Of a DNA stretch of 64,000 nt, positions 18,495-29,300 are shown piece by piece (position 1 is the stretch's first letter; each line of letters opens with the position of its first letter). The stretch covers positions 6,575 to 70,574 of the IMG/VR virus record IMGVR_UViG_3300045412_000135. The stretch is one strand, 5' to 3'. The notes under the pieces are model-generated. The model searched no databases, was not told the origin of the DNA, and saw only the letters and a program-made list of their open reading frames with translations. The stretch is from a virus. The position numbers and the translations under genes are program-made.

Positions 18495-19402
18495 TAAAAT
18501 TTATCTCCAATATCTCCGATTTCACCAAATGGATTTTCTTCAGTAAAGTCCAGGATAAGATCCCCCTGGACCTCAAAGTATTTATTCTGGGCTCCTTCAA
18601 TTTCACCCATGTTATAAGAATCTAAAATATTAATAGTTCTAGTTGTTCCTGAAGTTGCACCAACAACATTTTCATTATCTTTAAATAAACCTGTTAAGTT
18701 ATTTAGACGTAATGCTCTTGTGCTAGAATTCCATGATACAACCTCTCCAGTTGCATCAGATGTTGATCCAGTGACTGTTTCACCTATAGTATAATTTCCA
18801 GTACCACCAGAAGCAAATGTCAGATCTAATGTATAACTATCTTCCTCTTCAATTTCATCAACAGCAGATATTCCAGTATCCAGATCTTCATGACTATACT
18901 GGAAGAGTTCGCATTTCAGTTCCCAAACATAACCTGTACCTAATTGATAGAAAGGTTTTTCATGCTCTACAAATGTAATTTGATATAAGTCACTGGAAAA
19001 AGGTGCCCAAATTAAATCACCTTCATTCGGTCTGCCATCAACGATTAAATCTTGATCATCGACAGCTTCTGTAAATCTTCTTCTCGAAATCACAAATGTC
19101 GTTTTATCTTCAATTCGAATACCAAACTTGGTTAGTAAATCACCCTGACCTTCCCATCCATCTACAGTATTGCAATATGCTCTAATTTCATACGCACCAT
19201 TAAAAGAAGACATAGTATCTTCGTTGAAAAGACTATCTTCTTTTACTAAAGTTCGTGGAATATAATATACAGTTTGACCGTAGATATCAATAGATTCCGT
19301 AACTAAATCATTAAGAAGATTTTGCTCTGCAGAAGTACCATTTAAACGCAATCTACAATCTGGTACCGGGTTTGGACTTTGAGTGCAATTAGAAGATGTC
19401 AT
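18494..19402 (-). CDS. gp14: Neck protein
   Basis: EQNLLNDLVTESI.IYG..VYYIPR; RPNEGDLIW; FVEHEKPFYQLG; DFTEENPFG. Confidence 0.95.
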   Translation of the reverse strand: MTSSNCTQSPNPVPDCRLRLNGTSAEQNLLNDLVTESIDIYGQTVYYIPRTLVKEDSLFNEDTMSSFNGAYEIRAYCNTVDGWEGQGDLLTKFGIRIEDKTTFVISRRRFTEAVDDQDLIVDGRPNEGDLIWAPFSSDLYQITFVEHEKPFYQLGTGYVWELKCELFQYSHEDLDTGISAVDEIEEEDSYTLDLTFASGGTGNYTIGETVTGSTSDATGEVVSWNSSTRALRLNNLTGLFKDNENVVGATSGTTRTINILDSYNMGEIEGAQNKYFEVQGDLILDFTEENPFGEIGDIGDKF

Positions 19403-19406
19403 TTGA

Positions 19407-20213
19407 TTATCCGATTAGATCTAGAGGCGGTAATTCGTATGTAGTTCTTAATGTCTCTTGTAACTCTTTAATCTTTTCGTTTGCATCTTCAAGAATTCTT
19501 CTACCATTAAGAGTTACACCACCAAGCATTTGAATTCCATCATACTTACTGAGATTTTGACCCCATTGTTTTTGAAATAATGCTGTTACATATTCTTTCA
19601 ACCAATACTCATTATACGTTTCTGGATATAGCTGTGGATCTACACCCATAGTGCAATCAACAACAAAATATTCGCCCGTACCTAATTCTCCCCAATCAAT
19701 ATCAACATAAAGTTTTTTCATGTTTGATGTATATCTTATTCTCTTATAAAGTCTTGAATTGGTAATCCAATCTAAAGTTTCCAAGTAATTCTGTACCATG
19801 TAATAATGTACAATTTGATTATTTGTGAATGCGTAAATGTCATTCAAAAATAACTGATATTTGATGTTAAAAATATTACCTGGAATAGATGATGAAGTAC
19901 TAACTTGGGTATAGACATTATCAATACCCTTTACATAAGGAGGTAATTCGATATAATTTGCTGCCTGACTCCAATTTGTGCCTGTAATATTTTCAACCCC
20001 CTGGGCATATTCTTTCATCTCCTCAGTGATTTCTATTCTGAGAATAGTTCTATAAGATCCTTCATAATGAAAATCTTGATAATACTCAATTGCCTGTTCA
20101 ATAAGATCATCTAGTTGATCATCACAAACATTAATATCTACAGCAGGATATCCTAGTCTGCGTAAGCAGTATTGCTTAAGTTCTGATTTGGTAGCTGGTT
20201 TTGTGGATGACAT
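19407..20213 (-). CDS. gp13: Neck protein
   Basis: ELKQYCLRRLGYPAVDINV..QLDD; KQWGQNLSKYDGIQMLGGVTLNG. Confidence 0.96.
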   Translation of the reverse strand: MSSTKPATKSELKQYCLRRLGYPAVDINVCDDQLDDLIEQAIEYYQDFHYEGSYRTILRIEITEEMKEYAQGVENITGTNWSQAANYIELPPYVKGIDNVYTQVSTSSSIPGNIFNIKYQLFLNDIYAFTNNQIVHYYMVQNYLETLDWITNSRLYKRIRYTSNMKKLYVDIDWGELGTGEYFVVDCTMGVDPQLYPETYNEYWLKEYVTALFQKQWGQNLSKYDGIQMLGGVTLNGRRILEDANEKIKELQETLRTTYELPPLDLIG

Positions 20214-20227
20214 TTAGATTCTCCTTA

Positions 20228-23200
20228 TCAGGCTAGTAGTGGTAGATATCTAATAGAAACATTATTAGTTCCTGCTGTAGGTGCAGTGGTTAATGTAACC
20301 ACAGCACCAAACGTAATTGTATTACCAACCGTAGTTGCTGTGTTATCTACAGATAAATTAACTTGAGTTCCAACGATAGTTGTGATTACTGCATTGATTC
20401 CAATTCCAGTTCCGCTTACTGCCATCCCTGGAACTAATCCAGCAGTAGAAGCAACGGTTACAAATCTATTTGTAGCAACACCCCCCGTCGAAACCTTAGA
20501 TGTTGAATTTATATAAGTATATTCTACTGTAGGTACGAGAACCAAACCATTGACAATTACAAAAATATCATTTACTGTTCTATTTGAATTTGCTGAGAAT
20601 GCAGTTTTAGTACCAGTCCCGTTTTGATTAGAGGTTGTGTAGATTGGGGTAATAGCAATATCGCCACTACCATCAAAGGAAACTCCATTGATGGTTCTTG
20701 CTATTGCCAATTTGGTTGCTGTAGCAGCATTTCCACTTAAAGTTGCAGTAATAGTTCCTGCAATAAAGTTTCCTGATGCATCTCTTTGAACAATAGTTGA
20801 TGCAGTATTTGCTGAAGTAGCATTAGAGGTAACAGTAAATGTAGTACCACTATTTCCATTATAAGTTGTAGAACCGGAAATACCACCTCCAGTTGTATTC
20901 AAAGTTAACGTACCTAAATTAGATCCTAATGAAACACCAGAAATCGTTGAATTATTTAATGCACTATTTGGAATTGAACTTAGAGATGCTCCAGAACCAC
21001 TATGAGCACCACTAAAAGTAGTAGCAGTAATAACGCGAGCAGTAAAATCACCATTACTATCTCTTGCAACAATCGTACCTGCTGAGTTAGTGTTAGTTGC
21101 GTTGGATGTAATTGTTGGATTATCAAGAATACCATCGGCATTAGTCACACTTAAACCAATTCCCGAAACAGCAACACTCCTAGTAGTTGCTGTACCAGCA
21201 CCAGTTCTAATAATCATTCCTGTAGTTGATAGTCCTGCAACTGCAGTTAGATCTGCATCTAAACCTTGAGCATCAGTAATACCATAACCAACAAGAGTCG
21301 TTGGATTAGTTCCAGCAGTTACAAGACCCTTGGCATTAATGGTTACGGATTTGTATGTTCCTGCAGTAGCTACTGAAGCAAGTGTTAATGCAGCAGAAGC
21401 ATTTGTCGAACCATCAACACTCATCGAACCAGTGGCATCTCCGGTAAAGGAAAGTGTTCGTGCAGTTGTCCATTTTCTAGCATCTCTAATCGTACCGACA
21501 ATATCCTCATTATTAAATGTTGCTGTTGCATTTACAGTTAGAGTATCTCCAACTGCATTACCAATAATTGTATTACCTTTAACTGTTAGATTGCCCTCAG
21601 TTAAAATACTACCATCTGTCGAAGCAACTACAAATTTAGTTGATGTACCATCGGTAATGGTAAAATCTTCACCAACAGTAGGGGATCCGACAATAGTAAT
21701 ACCTGCATTAGCAGTAATCAAATTAGTGACCGCGAGAGTGGAACTTAATGTTGTAGCACCAGTAACTCCCAAAGATCCAGTTAAAGTACTATTTCCACCG
21801 ACTCTTAACTGCTTAGCAATTGCAACACCACCAGCAGTAGAAATAGATGCATTATTATCAGTTGCAGTAGAAGCATCCTGAGTATTTAATTGTCTGATAA
21901 TACCAGAATAGGCTTGTGTTCCCTGGTAATCGATACCACCTTGATATACTGCTGAACCATATACTTTTACATCACCATTTACTATGAAGTTACCACCAAC
22001 GTGACCACCACCAGCAACTTGTAAAGCACCAGCAAGAGTAGGAGTAGATCCCCCAGCCGGAATGGTTCTTGCTGTTGTATTAGTAATTGATGTAATACCA
22101 GTAATGGTAGTAGCATCATCAATAGTAGTAGTACCACCAGCAGAGTCAATTGTTAAGTTTCCAGTAGAAGTATCAATTTCATTATCACCAGTAATACCAA
22201 TTTGAATATTATCAATTGAAGCACCACCATTAGCATCAAGTAATCCAGTTAAGGTTGTATTTCCACCAACATTCAAATTTTCTGAAATACCAGTACCACC
22301 AGTAACAATTAGAGTTCCTGATGTAGTTGAAGTTGATGTTGTTCCTGTGCTTAGATTTAATCTTCCAGCAAACAGTCTTGCATCAGTACCGCCAAATACT
22401 TCTGATGTATTAGAAGCATTTTCCAGGAAGCGATAACCCGATGAAGAATCATCCCAACCAAAGAAACCTAGTTTTGCAGATACATCAAAATATCTAAATT
22501 CAATGCCACGATCTTTGTTATCATCTGAAGATGGTGCAGTATCTCCACCAAGAGTTAATACTGGATCATCAACAGTAATCGTTGTTGCATTTACAGTTGT
22601 GGTTGTACCATTAACAATTAAATTTCCAGCAATAACTGTATTGGTATTATTTAATGTTATAGTTCCTGTAGAAGCACCAATACTAACGGTAGTTGCTGCT
22701 CTACCAATGTGTACAGTAGTAGCAGCTGCATCAAATAGTGTAGCCGTGGCAGAAGACGTAGTAATGTCTCCACCTAAAACATTAATATCTTGACTGAATG
22801 TTGCATTACCAGCAACTCTGAGTTGTGCTCCAATTCCAACACCACCAGTAACTACAAGAGCACCGGTAGTAGTTGCCGAAGAATCGGTAGTATTAGTAAT
22901 TGATGTAATCCCAGTTACACCTAAAGTGTTGTTAATTTGAGTTGCACCAGTAATAGTGGTTGATCCACCAACTCTTAGTTGATTGTTGATCGAAGCTCCA
23001 CCAGAAGAAACAACTAAAGCACCAGTTCCAAGTGTAGTTGCGTCTGTTGTATTTGACAGTGTAGTTACACCAGCAACTCTGAGTTGTGCTCCAATACCAG
23101 CACCACCAGTTACAATTAGAGCACCAGTGGAAGTTGAAGATGCATCCGTAGCATTTGTAGTAACAATTTGGCCAATGCTATCAAGTCTTCCTGTTGAAGA

Positions 23201-25813
23201 TGTAATTTGAAATTTGAAAGGTGATAAACCATCATTGTCAATAGAAACATTACCCTTAAATATGGTGTTGCCACTATAGCTTACAGCACCATCTACGTCG
23301 AACTGACCATATATTTTTAAAGATCCACCAACAACCAGTCCGTTAGCAATTGAAGCACCACCATCAACTTTGAGAGCACCATAGGTTGCGAGAGAAGCAT
23401 ATGCAGTTCCCGAAATTGCACCAGATACATTGCTGTTTGTGGTATTCTGAATATTGACGGTTGAAGTAGATTGAGTTGTTAGATTGCCAGTAAGAGTTGT
23501 TGCACCAGTTACACCTAAAGTTGAATTTAAAGTTGTAGCATTAGTAACTTCTAAGGTTCCTAAAATTGCAGTATTACCAGATGCAGTATCGACTAAGAAC
23601 TTAGTGACTGGACTACCAGCCCCATCAGTAATTCTAAAGTATTCCGTTGCTGATGTTGTATTACCTGCAATCGTTACACCATTATTAAATGTGGCTAAGT
23701 TAGTAACGCCCAGAGTGCCCTGTAAGGTCGTGTTACCAGCAATATTAGTAGTTCCACCCACCGAGAGGTTCTGACTGATTCCCGTGCCTCCTGTGACTAC
23801 CAAAGTACCTGTGGTAGTGCTGGTTGAACTAACGTTACTACTGAGGGCAAGGTTGCCAGCAATAAGACCAGCATCAGTACCAGTAAAGACTTCAGAAGTA
23901 TTTGTTGCATTGAAGAGAAAACGATAACCACCTGTAGTTCCTGCCAAGGTTGCATATGAATCATCCCATCCATAGAAACCTAAACGTGCCTGAGTATCGT
24001 AATACTTAAACTCAATACCACGATCTTTGTTATCATCTGTAGTTGGAGTTTGATCACCACCAAGAGTTAAAATAACATCATCAATGGTAATCGTTGTTGA
24101 ATTTACAGTTGTTGTTGTACCATCAATTTGTAGATTACCTCTGATTTGAACCGTGCCTGTGTTATCACCAATACCCGCAGGATCAAGAACAATAGTCGAA
24201 TTGGTTGAACTTAAAACATTACTAGCAAAGTAGAAATCTTCGACACGAACATCAGCATTAGAAGAAATTAGAGATATTTGTTGATTTGCTAAAAGAGAAA
24301 TAGTTGTATTTGTTGATGTAATATCAATCGATTCATCTGCAGTAACTTCAATTTTTGCCTGTCCTGCTCCAGTATTATTGGCAGTCAAACGAAGGAATCT
24401 ATTGGATGCTGTATTTGCATCCATAAGAATAGTAAGAGAACCAGAACGATTGATAGTTTGAATTGCTGTACTGGTTTTGTCTAGTGTAATGTCAGAGAAA
24501 ATTGTTGAGGTAGTAGTATTAATATCTACACTATCATCGGCAGCAAGACACTTAAGAAGAGGGCTACCATTAGTGTTATTAACGGAAAGATTATTAATAG
24601 TTGTAATTCCACGATACCCAGTAGAAGCAGTGAGCTCATTATCAAGCTCGTAAGCAGTATAAGAATTGCCATCTGCAAAACGAATTTGATTGTTTTGAAG
24701 TTGAGTATTATCTACACCAGCAAGAGCAATTACAACATGACCATTTGCATCTACGTCGAAGTCTTCCTGATCGAACGATGCAAGACCCTTCTGACGGGTT
24801 GTAACAGTTGCTAGGTGTCTCCAGGTTACTGTTCCATCTGAAACATCTCCAGTAGTATGAGTTGGAGCAGTGACACCTGAAGTTCCTGAGTCGAGTGCTT
24901 GATAAAGTCTTCCTCCATTAGTTACTTTTGCATATCGAATATATGCAGTTCCAGAAGTCCAAGCAGATGAAGTTGTTCCCTCTACTGCTGTTGCAATTGG
25001 ATAATCTGTTGCAGCAGTCAATCTTCCAAATTGATCAACAGTAAATTGTGTCGCAGTAATAGTTTGAGTTGCACCAGCAATTGATGGTGTATTATATGTA
25101 CCTGGGTTGACAGTAGTATTAATCAAATCCAGAATGGGGTTTCCAGATACACCAGAACCATTGGTTACAGAAATTCTTCCAGATGTACCAGTGATTGATC
25201 TTGTTGCAATATTACCGTCAGATACTCTGGTAATAATACCTGTCGTTGTTAAATCTGCAATACCCTGAAGATCTCGGTCAAATCCTTGAGCAGATTGTCC
25301 TTCGACAGTACCATCTATATTGTATTCTTCAATAGAAGAAGGATTAGATGCATTAGTAATACGTCCTTTAGCATCTACAGTAACTTTTGTATAAGTACCA
25401 CTACTATTTGGAGTGCTATCATAGTGGGGTAATGTTGGTACAATTTGTAAAGATGATACGAGATTTAGGTTTGCTGATCCATCAAATGTTGATGAAGCTG
25501 TTATGTCTCCAGTAAGTGCAATTTGACGAGTGTTTGCAAGACGAGTTGCTGATGAAGAGTTTCCAATCAGTGATGCAGTAATTAAACCTGCCTGAAAATT
25601 ACCATCAGCATCTCTTTGAACAAGGGTGTTTGGGGAGTTGATAATTGATTCTAAAGGTCTTTCATATCTTAGGGAATTCCAAGGAGTAATACCATCACCA
25701 ATTTTAATACGACCAGTATCAATCTCGATTCCAAGTTCACCAATGGCTAACGTTGGATTAACGTTTGACCATTCTTGAGCAGATCCTCTTCTTAATTGTA
25801 TTCTGTTTGCCAT
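20228..25813 (-). CDS. Large fibre protein with Mtd/hyaluronidase-type N-terminal domain and internal repeats
   Basis: MANRIQLRRGSAQEWSNVNPTLAIGELGIEIDTGRIKIGDG N-terminus; Thr/Gly-rich GALxVxGGxGI repeats; lies at the T4 wac position just upstream of gp13. Confidence 0.85.
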   Translation of the reverse strand: MANRIQLRRGSAQEWSNVNPTLAIGELGIEIDTGRIKIGDGITPWNSLRYERPLESIINSPNTLVQRDADGNFQAGLITASLIGNSSSATRLANTRQIALTGDITASSTFDGSANLNLVSSLQIVPTLPHYDSTPNSSGTYTKVTVDAKGRITNASNPSSIEEYNIDGTVEGQSAQGFDRDLQGIADLTTTGIITRVSDGNIATRSITGTSGRISVTNGSGVSGNPILDLINTTVNPGTYNTPSIAGATQTITATQFTVDQFGRLTAATDYPIATAVEGTTSSAWTSGTAYIRYAKVTNGGRLYQALDSGTSGVTAPTHTTGDVSDGTVTWRHLATVTTRQKGLASFDQEDFDVDANGHVVIALAGVDNTQLQNNQIRFADGNSYTAYELDNELTASTGYRGITTINNLSVNNTNGSPLLKCLAADDSVDINTTTSTIFSDITLDKTSTAIQTINRSGSLTILMDANTASNRFLRLTANNTGAGQAKIEVTADESIDITSTNTTISLLANQQISLISSNADVRVEDFYFASNVLSSTNSTIVLDPAGIGDNTGTVQIRGNLQIDGTTTTVNSTTITIDDVILTLGGDQTPTTDDNKDRGIEFKYYDTQARLGFYGWDDSYATLAGTTGGYRFLFNATNTSEVFTGTDAGLIAGNLALSSNVSSTSTTTGTLVVTGGTGISQNLSVGGTTNIAGNTTLQGTLGVTNLATFNNGVTIAGNTTSATEYFRITDGAGSPVTKFLVDTASGNTAILGTLEVTNATTLNSTLGVTGATTLTGNLTTQSTSTVNIQNTTNSNVSGAISGTAYASLATYGALKVDGGASIANGLVVGGSLKIYGQFDVDGAVSYSGNTIFKGNVSIDNDGLSPFKFQITSSTGRLDSIGQIVTTNATDASSTSTGALIVTGGAGIGAQLRVAGVTTLSNTTDATTLGTGALVVSSGGASINNQLRVGGSTTITGATQINNTLGVTGITSITNTTDSSATTTGALVVTGGVGIGAQLRVAGNATFSQDINVLGGDITTSSATATLFDAAATTVHIGRAATTVSIGASTGTITLNNTNTVIAGNLIVNGTTTTVNATTITVDDPVLTLGGDTAPSSDDNKDRGIEFRYFDVSAKLGFFGWDDSSSGYRFLENASNTSEVFGGTDARLFAGRLNLSTGTTSTSTTSGTLIVTGGTGISENLNVGGNTTLTGLLDANGGASIDNIQIGITGDNEIDTSTGNLTIDSAGGTTTIDDATTITGITSITNTTARTIPAGGSTPTLAGALQVAGGGHVGGNFIVNGDVKVYGSAVYQGGIDYQGTQAYSGIIRQLNTQDASTATDNNASISTAGGVAIAKQLRVGGNSTLTGSLGVTGATTLSSTLAVTNLITANAGITIVGSPTVGEDFTITDGTSTKFVVASTDGSILTEGNLTVKGNTIIGNAVGDTLTVNATATFNNEDIVGTIRDARKWTTARTLSFTGDATGSMSVDGSTNASAALTLASVATAGTYKSVTINAKGLVTAGTNPTTLVGYGITDAQGLDADLTAVAGLSTTGMIIRTGAGTATTRSVAVSGIGLSVTNADGILDNPTITSNATNTNSAGTIVARDSNGDFTARVITATTFSGAHSGSGASLSSIPNSALNNSTISGVSLGSNLGTLTLNTTGGGISGSTTYNGNSGTTFTVTSNATSANTASTIVQRDASGNFIAGTITATLSGNAATATKLAIARTINGVSFDGSGDIAITPIYTTSNQNGTGTKTAFSANSNRTVNDIFVIVNGLVLVPTVEYTYINSTSKVSTGGVATNRFVTVASTAGLVPGMAVSGTGIGINAVITTIVGTQVNLSVDNTATTVGNTITFGAVVTLTTAPTAGTNNVSIRYLPLLA
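22808..23095. repeat. 27-nt exact direct repeat within fibre repeat units (22808-22834 and 23069-23095)
   Basis: ACCAGCAACTCTGAGTTGTGCTCCAAT occurs twice; it encodes IGAQLRVAG. Confidence 0.85.
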
Positions 25814-25857
25814 TGGTAATTATTCCGAAAATCCTTTATACATTTAATATACCCATG

Positions 25858-25865
25858 TATTTATA
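25858..25865 (-). promoter_or_regulatory. T4-type late promoter (fibre gene)
   Basis: Perfect TATAAATA. Confidence 0.8.
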
Positions 25866-25893
25866 AAAAGAATGGGGGAGATATCCCCGCATT
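25865..25893 (-). terminator. Probable rho-independent terminator
   Basis: Minus strand AATG-c-GGGGA-TATC-TCCCC-c-ATT followed by CTTTTT, just after the 25895 stop. Confidence 0.7.
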
Positions 25894-25894
25894 T

Positions 25895-26098
25895 TCACTC
25901 TTTAATATTTTCTTCAATTTCCTCCGTTTCTTCTTTTGAAATATACTCTAAAGTTTCAATTGCACCCAAAAGTTTCAATGCAACGATTTCATTGTCTTTA
26001 ATTTTTTGTGCTAATTGTTGATTTTCTGACAATAAATTTTCATGTCTCTCACGAAATTGAACTAATAATTCCTCGGGAGAAGTTTTTTCAATCGTCAT
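25895..26098 (-). CDS. Small coiled-coil hypothetical protein (start 26098 or 26113)
   Basis: QLAQKIKDNEIVALKLLGAIETLEY heptad pattern; tightly packed with neighbours. Confidence 0.7.
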   Translation of the reverse strand: MTIEKTSPEELLVQFRERHENLLSENQQLAQKIKDNEIVALKLLGAIETLEYISKEETEEIEENIKE

Positions 26099-26324
26099 AG
26101 TTTTTATCCTCAACTAATAATTTAAGTAATGTTTTAATTTCGTTCATATCTGAAGAAAGATTTGAGACATCAGATTTTAATTTCTGAAGTTCATCTCGTT
26201 CCTTTTCTAAACGACGATAATTATTCATATAATTATCGTATTCAGATCTATTTTTATTTATTATAGCACCAGAACGAGGATCACGAACCAAATTCTGATG
26301 ATTTTCAACCTTAATGTAATCCAT
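26088..26324 (-). CDS. Small conserved hypothetical protein with C-terminal coiled coil
   Basis: IKVENHQNLVRDPRSGAIIN...LKSDVSNLSSDMNEIKTLLKLL; starts 1 nt after the VrlC-like stop. Confidence 0.8.
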   Translation of the reverse strand: MDYIKVENHQNLVRDPRSGAIINKNRSEYDNYMNNYRRLEKERDELQKLKSDVSNLSSDMNEIKTLLKLLVEDKNYDD

Positions 26325-26325
26325 A

Positions 26326-29300
26326 TTATGTTGCTGTAGCTATTGCTCTAAAGTATTTAAATTGCGGGACGATTGCTTGATTGCTAGAAATCATACAAAT
26401 TTTAATTTGGAATTTGATAAATTCTAATCCAGTTGCACTATACTCATATGATTTAAATACATAATCATTAACAGCAGAAACTTGTTTATCTGGACCACCA
26501 GTAGTATTGAAGAACTCCCATGCTATTTCATTTTCGTTATCAGAAAATCCAACCGGAACGATTCTATAAAGAACCTTGAAATTTGCCTCTGGGGGTCTAT
26601 ATGCATCAAAATAAACTTTAATGCTTCTAGAAATTTGATTATCTAGAGCAATCATTTTGGTAATATATACAGCTTCATGGGGATCATTTGCAAAGAGAAG
26701 TGCATCGGTGAAATTTGATGGATTATTGATTCTATTAGATGTAGTTGTAATGCTGGATCTATCCAGATCAATCACTGGTGTTAATTTATCAGTTTCACTA
26801 GTGAGATTTAATTCCATAGTAAATGATTTTGCACCAGCTAACTTGACGGATTCGTTAGTACCCGATAAAATTAATTGTTGGTAACTTAAATAATTTGGAG
26901 TATTTAATGTAACTTCGGAATAAGATCCATCATTTACAAATGATACTTCTGTAGGTGATCCCGTATTAATTGATGATCCCGAAACCGTATTTATTCTAGA
27001 TATAATTGTTGTTGTTGAATGTTTTACGGTTTGAATATTTGGCGTTATAACCTCAAAAGGTATATTTTGAGTTGCTGTTCCTGCACTACCACCTCCAGTT
27101 ATCCCATTTGTAGCAACAGAAGATACTGCTAATTCATAAGTGTCTAATGTTGGAGATTGAATATTAGTATGAGTAGTATTAATTTCTATTAATGGAATAC
27201 CATCGAAATTATAGCATTCAACAAAAGAACCTTCTGCATGATCGGCAGCAGTTGTATTTCCCAATCCTCTACCATTAGTCTTAATTGTAATTGTAGTTGC
27301 ATCATTTCCAATACTTTCATATGCCATGATTTCATCATCAATTTTAATATAACCTGTATTAGTAGATGAAATATCAAGACCATTGATTGTAGTATGGAAA
27401 GCAGCTGCATCAACAACTGTTAATGAAACATCAGTTTTAGTAATTGCAGTTTTTAATGTTGTTGGCGCTATTTCGGAAATTATTCCAGAGATTGTTACTT
27501 GATTAGATAAATCGTGCATTCCATGATTACTATGAGATACAGTAACTTTTTTCACTGCACTGGAGAATGATGGTGCTAAAGAAAGATATTCTTGCTTAGT
27601 ATCTCCAGAATATGTTGTATTTGCAGCATCAACAGTTCCCGAAATAGTTGGATTACTTTGTGAAATAGTCTCGTTATCACTAAAAACATTTGAAACATAA
27701 TTCACAAGTAAAGTACCATACGCGCCACCACTATCTAAAACCCAACTCGTTACAATAGCAGTAGCACCACTGGTTGATCCTGTTACGGTTTTTCCAACCG
27801 TAAATGTCCCTGTTGGAGGTCCATCAACTCTAATTGATGCTATCGATTGACTACTAATAATAGGATAAGATACAACTTGATTGATTAAACTACCTTGCAA
27901 GAAAGTTCCATCTACATTATCAACAACTAATTGTCTTGGTGTAGTAGTAGTAACTACAGATTTAATTGTTGCAGAAGCATTAGTAATTGCTTGATAGATT
28001 CTAGCCCCTATAGTAAAATTGGAAGTACTTGTAGATAAAATCAATGTCATCGATGGTGACAATGATTTAATTGGATTTTCTCTGAGTGTTATAATACCTC
28101 TATTTCCAACTCCAAGAGCAGCATTATTTAAAACTAACTTACCCGATAGAGGACCAAATTTTGCTCGATAAATATTAAATTTAAGGTCTTGCAATTGATT
28201 AGGAGACCAAGTAGATGCATTTTGAGACTTAAATAACACACCAGCATAGGGTTGAGCAGAAATAGTTCTATCACCAGTAATATCAATCTCTCCCATTTCC
28301 GAGATCCATACAGTATATTTGTTAGAATCGGAGAAAAGTACAAAACAATATTCTTCAGTATCACTTAAATATACTGGCGCTGGGAATACAAATTTAGTAG
28401 CAATTGAAGCATTTTGAGAAATTTCGACATCTTCTGGATATATGGAAACAGTAGAGTTTGGTAAGATTCTTGGAGTTGGAATACCATTTTGCATGATTCT
28501 TAATTGACCGCTAACTGGAATGGTTGGATCTTTGGAGTTAAAGAAAATATCTACTTTAGATAAGTAACAACCACCTTTCTCTTGAACAATAAAAGATTGT
28601 GCTAGAGGGTCCCACCAACCAATTTGTACCGATTCTTGTCTAGTTCTAGAAGTTGTTCTTTGTTCAGTTAATGGAACTGTAGCAATATCAGCATTTCTAA
28701 TCGATAAAATAGTTTCTTGTGATGTTTCCAATATTCCAGTTGCTTCATAGGTAACTTGAGCATTTGATGAAGTAGAATCACCTGGTAAAGAAGGTGAATC
28801 GGTAGGGCTAGTTGTTAATTTAAATACTCTTCTACCAGTTGCCCATTTTGGATTTGTACTAACTGTTCCTTTCGGAATAAAGAAAGCACCTTTAAATCTT
28901 CCTGCAGGATCGGTGATAATTCTCCTATCTTTAATTACTGCTTTTGCACCTGAAGTTAATCCTTGAATAATATAATTTACTTGAATATTACCATAGTATG
29001 TTGGACTAACTTGCTCAGATAATGAATTAACATCAATATTTAAATATGCAGTATCTGATGAATATACTGCTGCTAACTCAGCAGAAGTATATGGATTATA
29101 CTTGTATCCATCATTCAAAGCAGCTACTTTGGCAGAAAAAATTGTAGTTCTAACTCCGGTTGAAGATACTTCTTGCACCCTAACAGTTTCACCAATCTGG
29201 AATGGGATACTATTAGTATTTGAATTTTGAGTTGGATTTTTAAGTAATTCTAAAATTTTTGGAATAATATACTCTGTAACAGCAACATTATCAAAGAAAG

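Noticed and set aside
22265-24125. Duplicated fibre blocks as a possible diversity-generating retroelement template/variable pair (the Mtd-like N-terminus prompted the check)
   Set aside because: Both copies are in-frame coding, the differences do not look adenine-specific, and there is no reverse transcriptase in the window.
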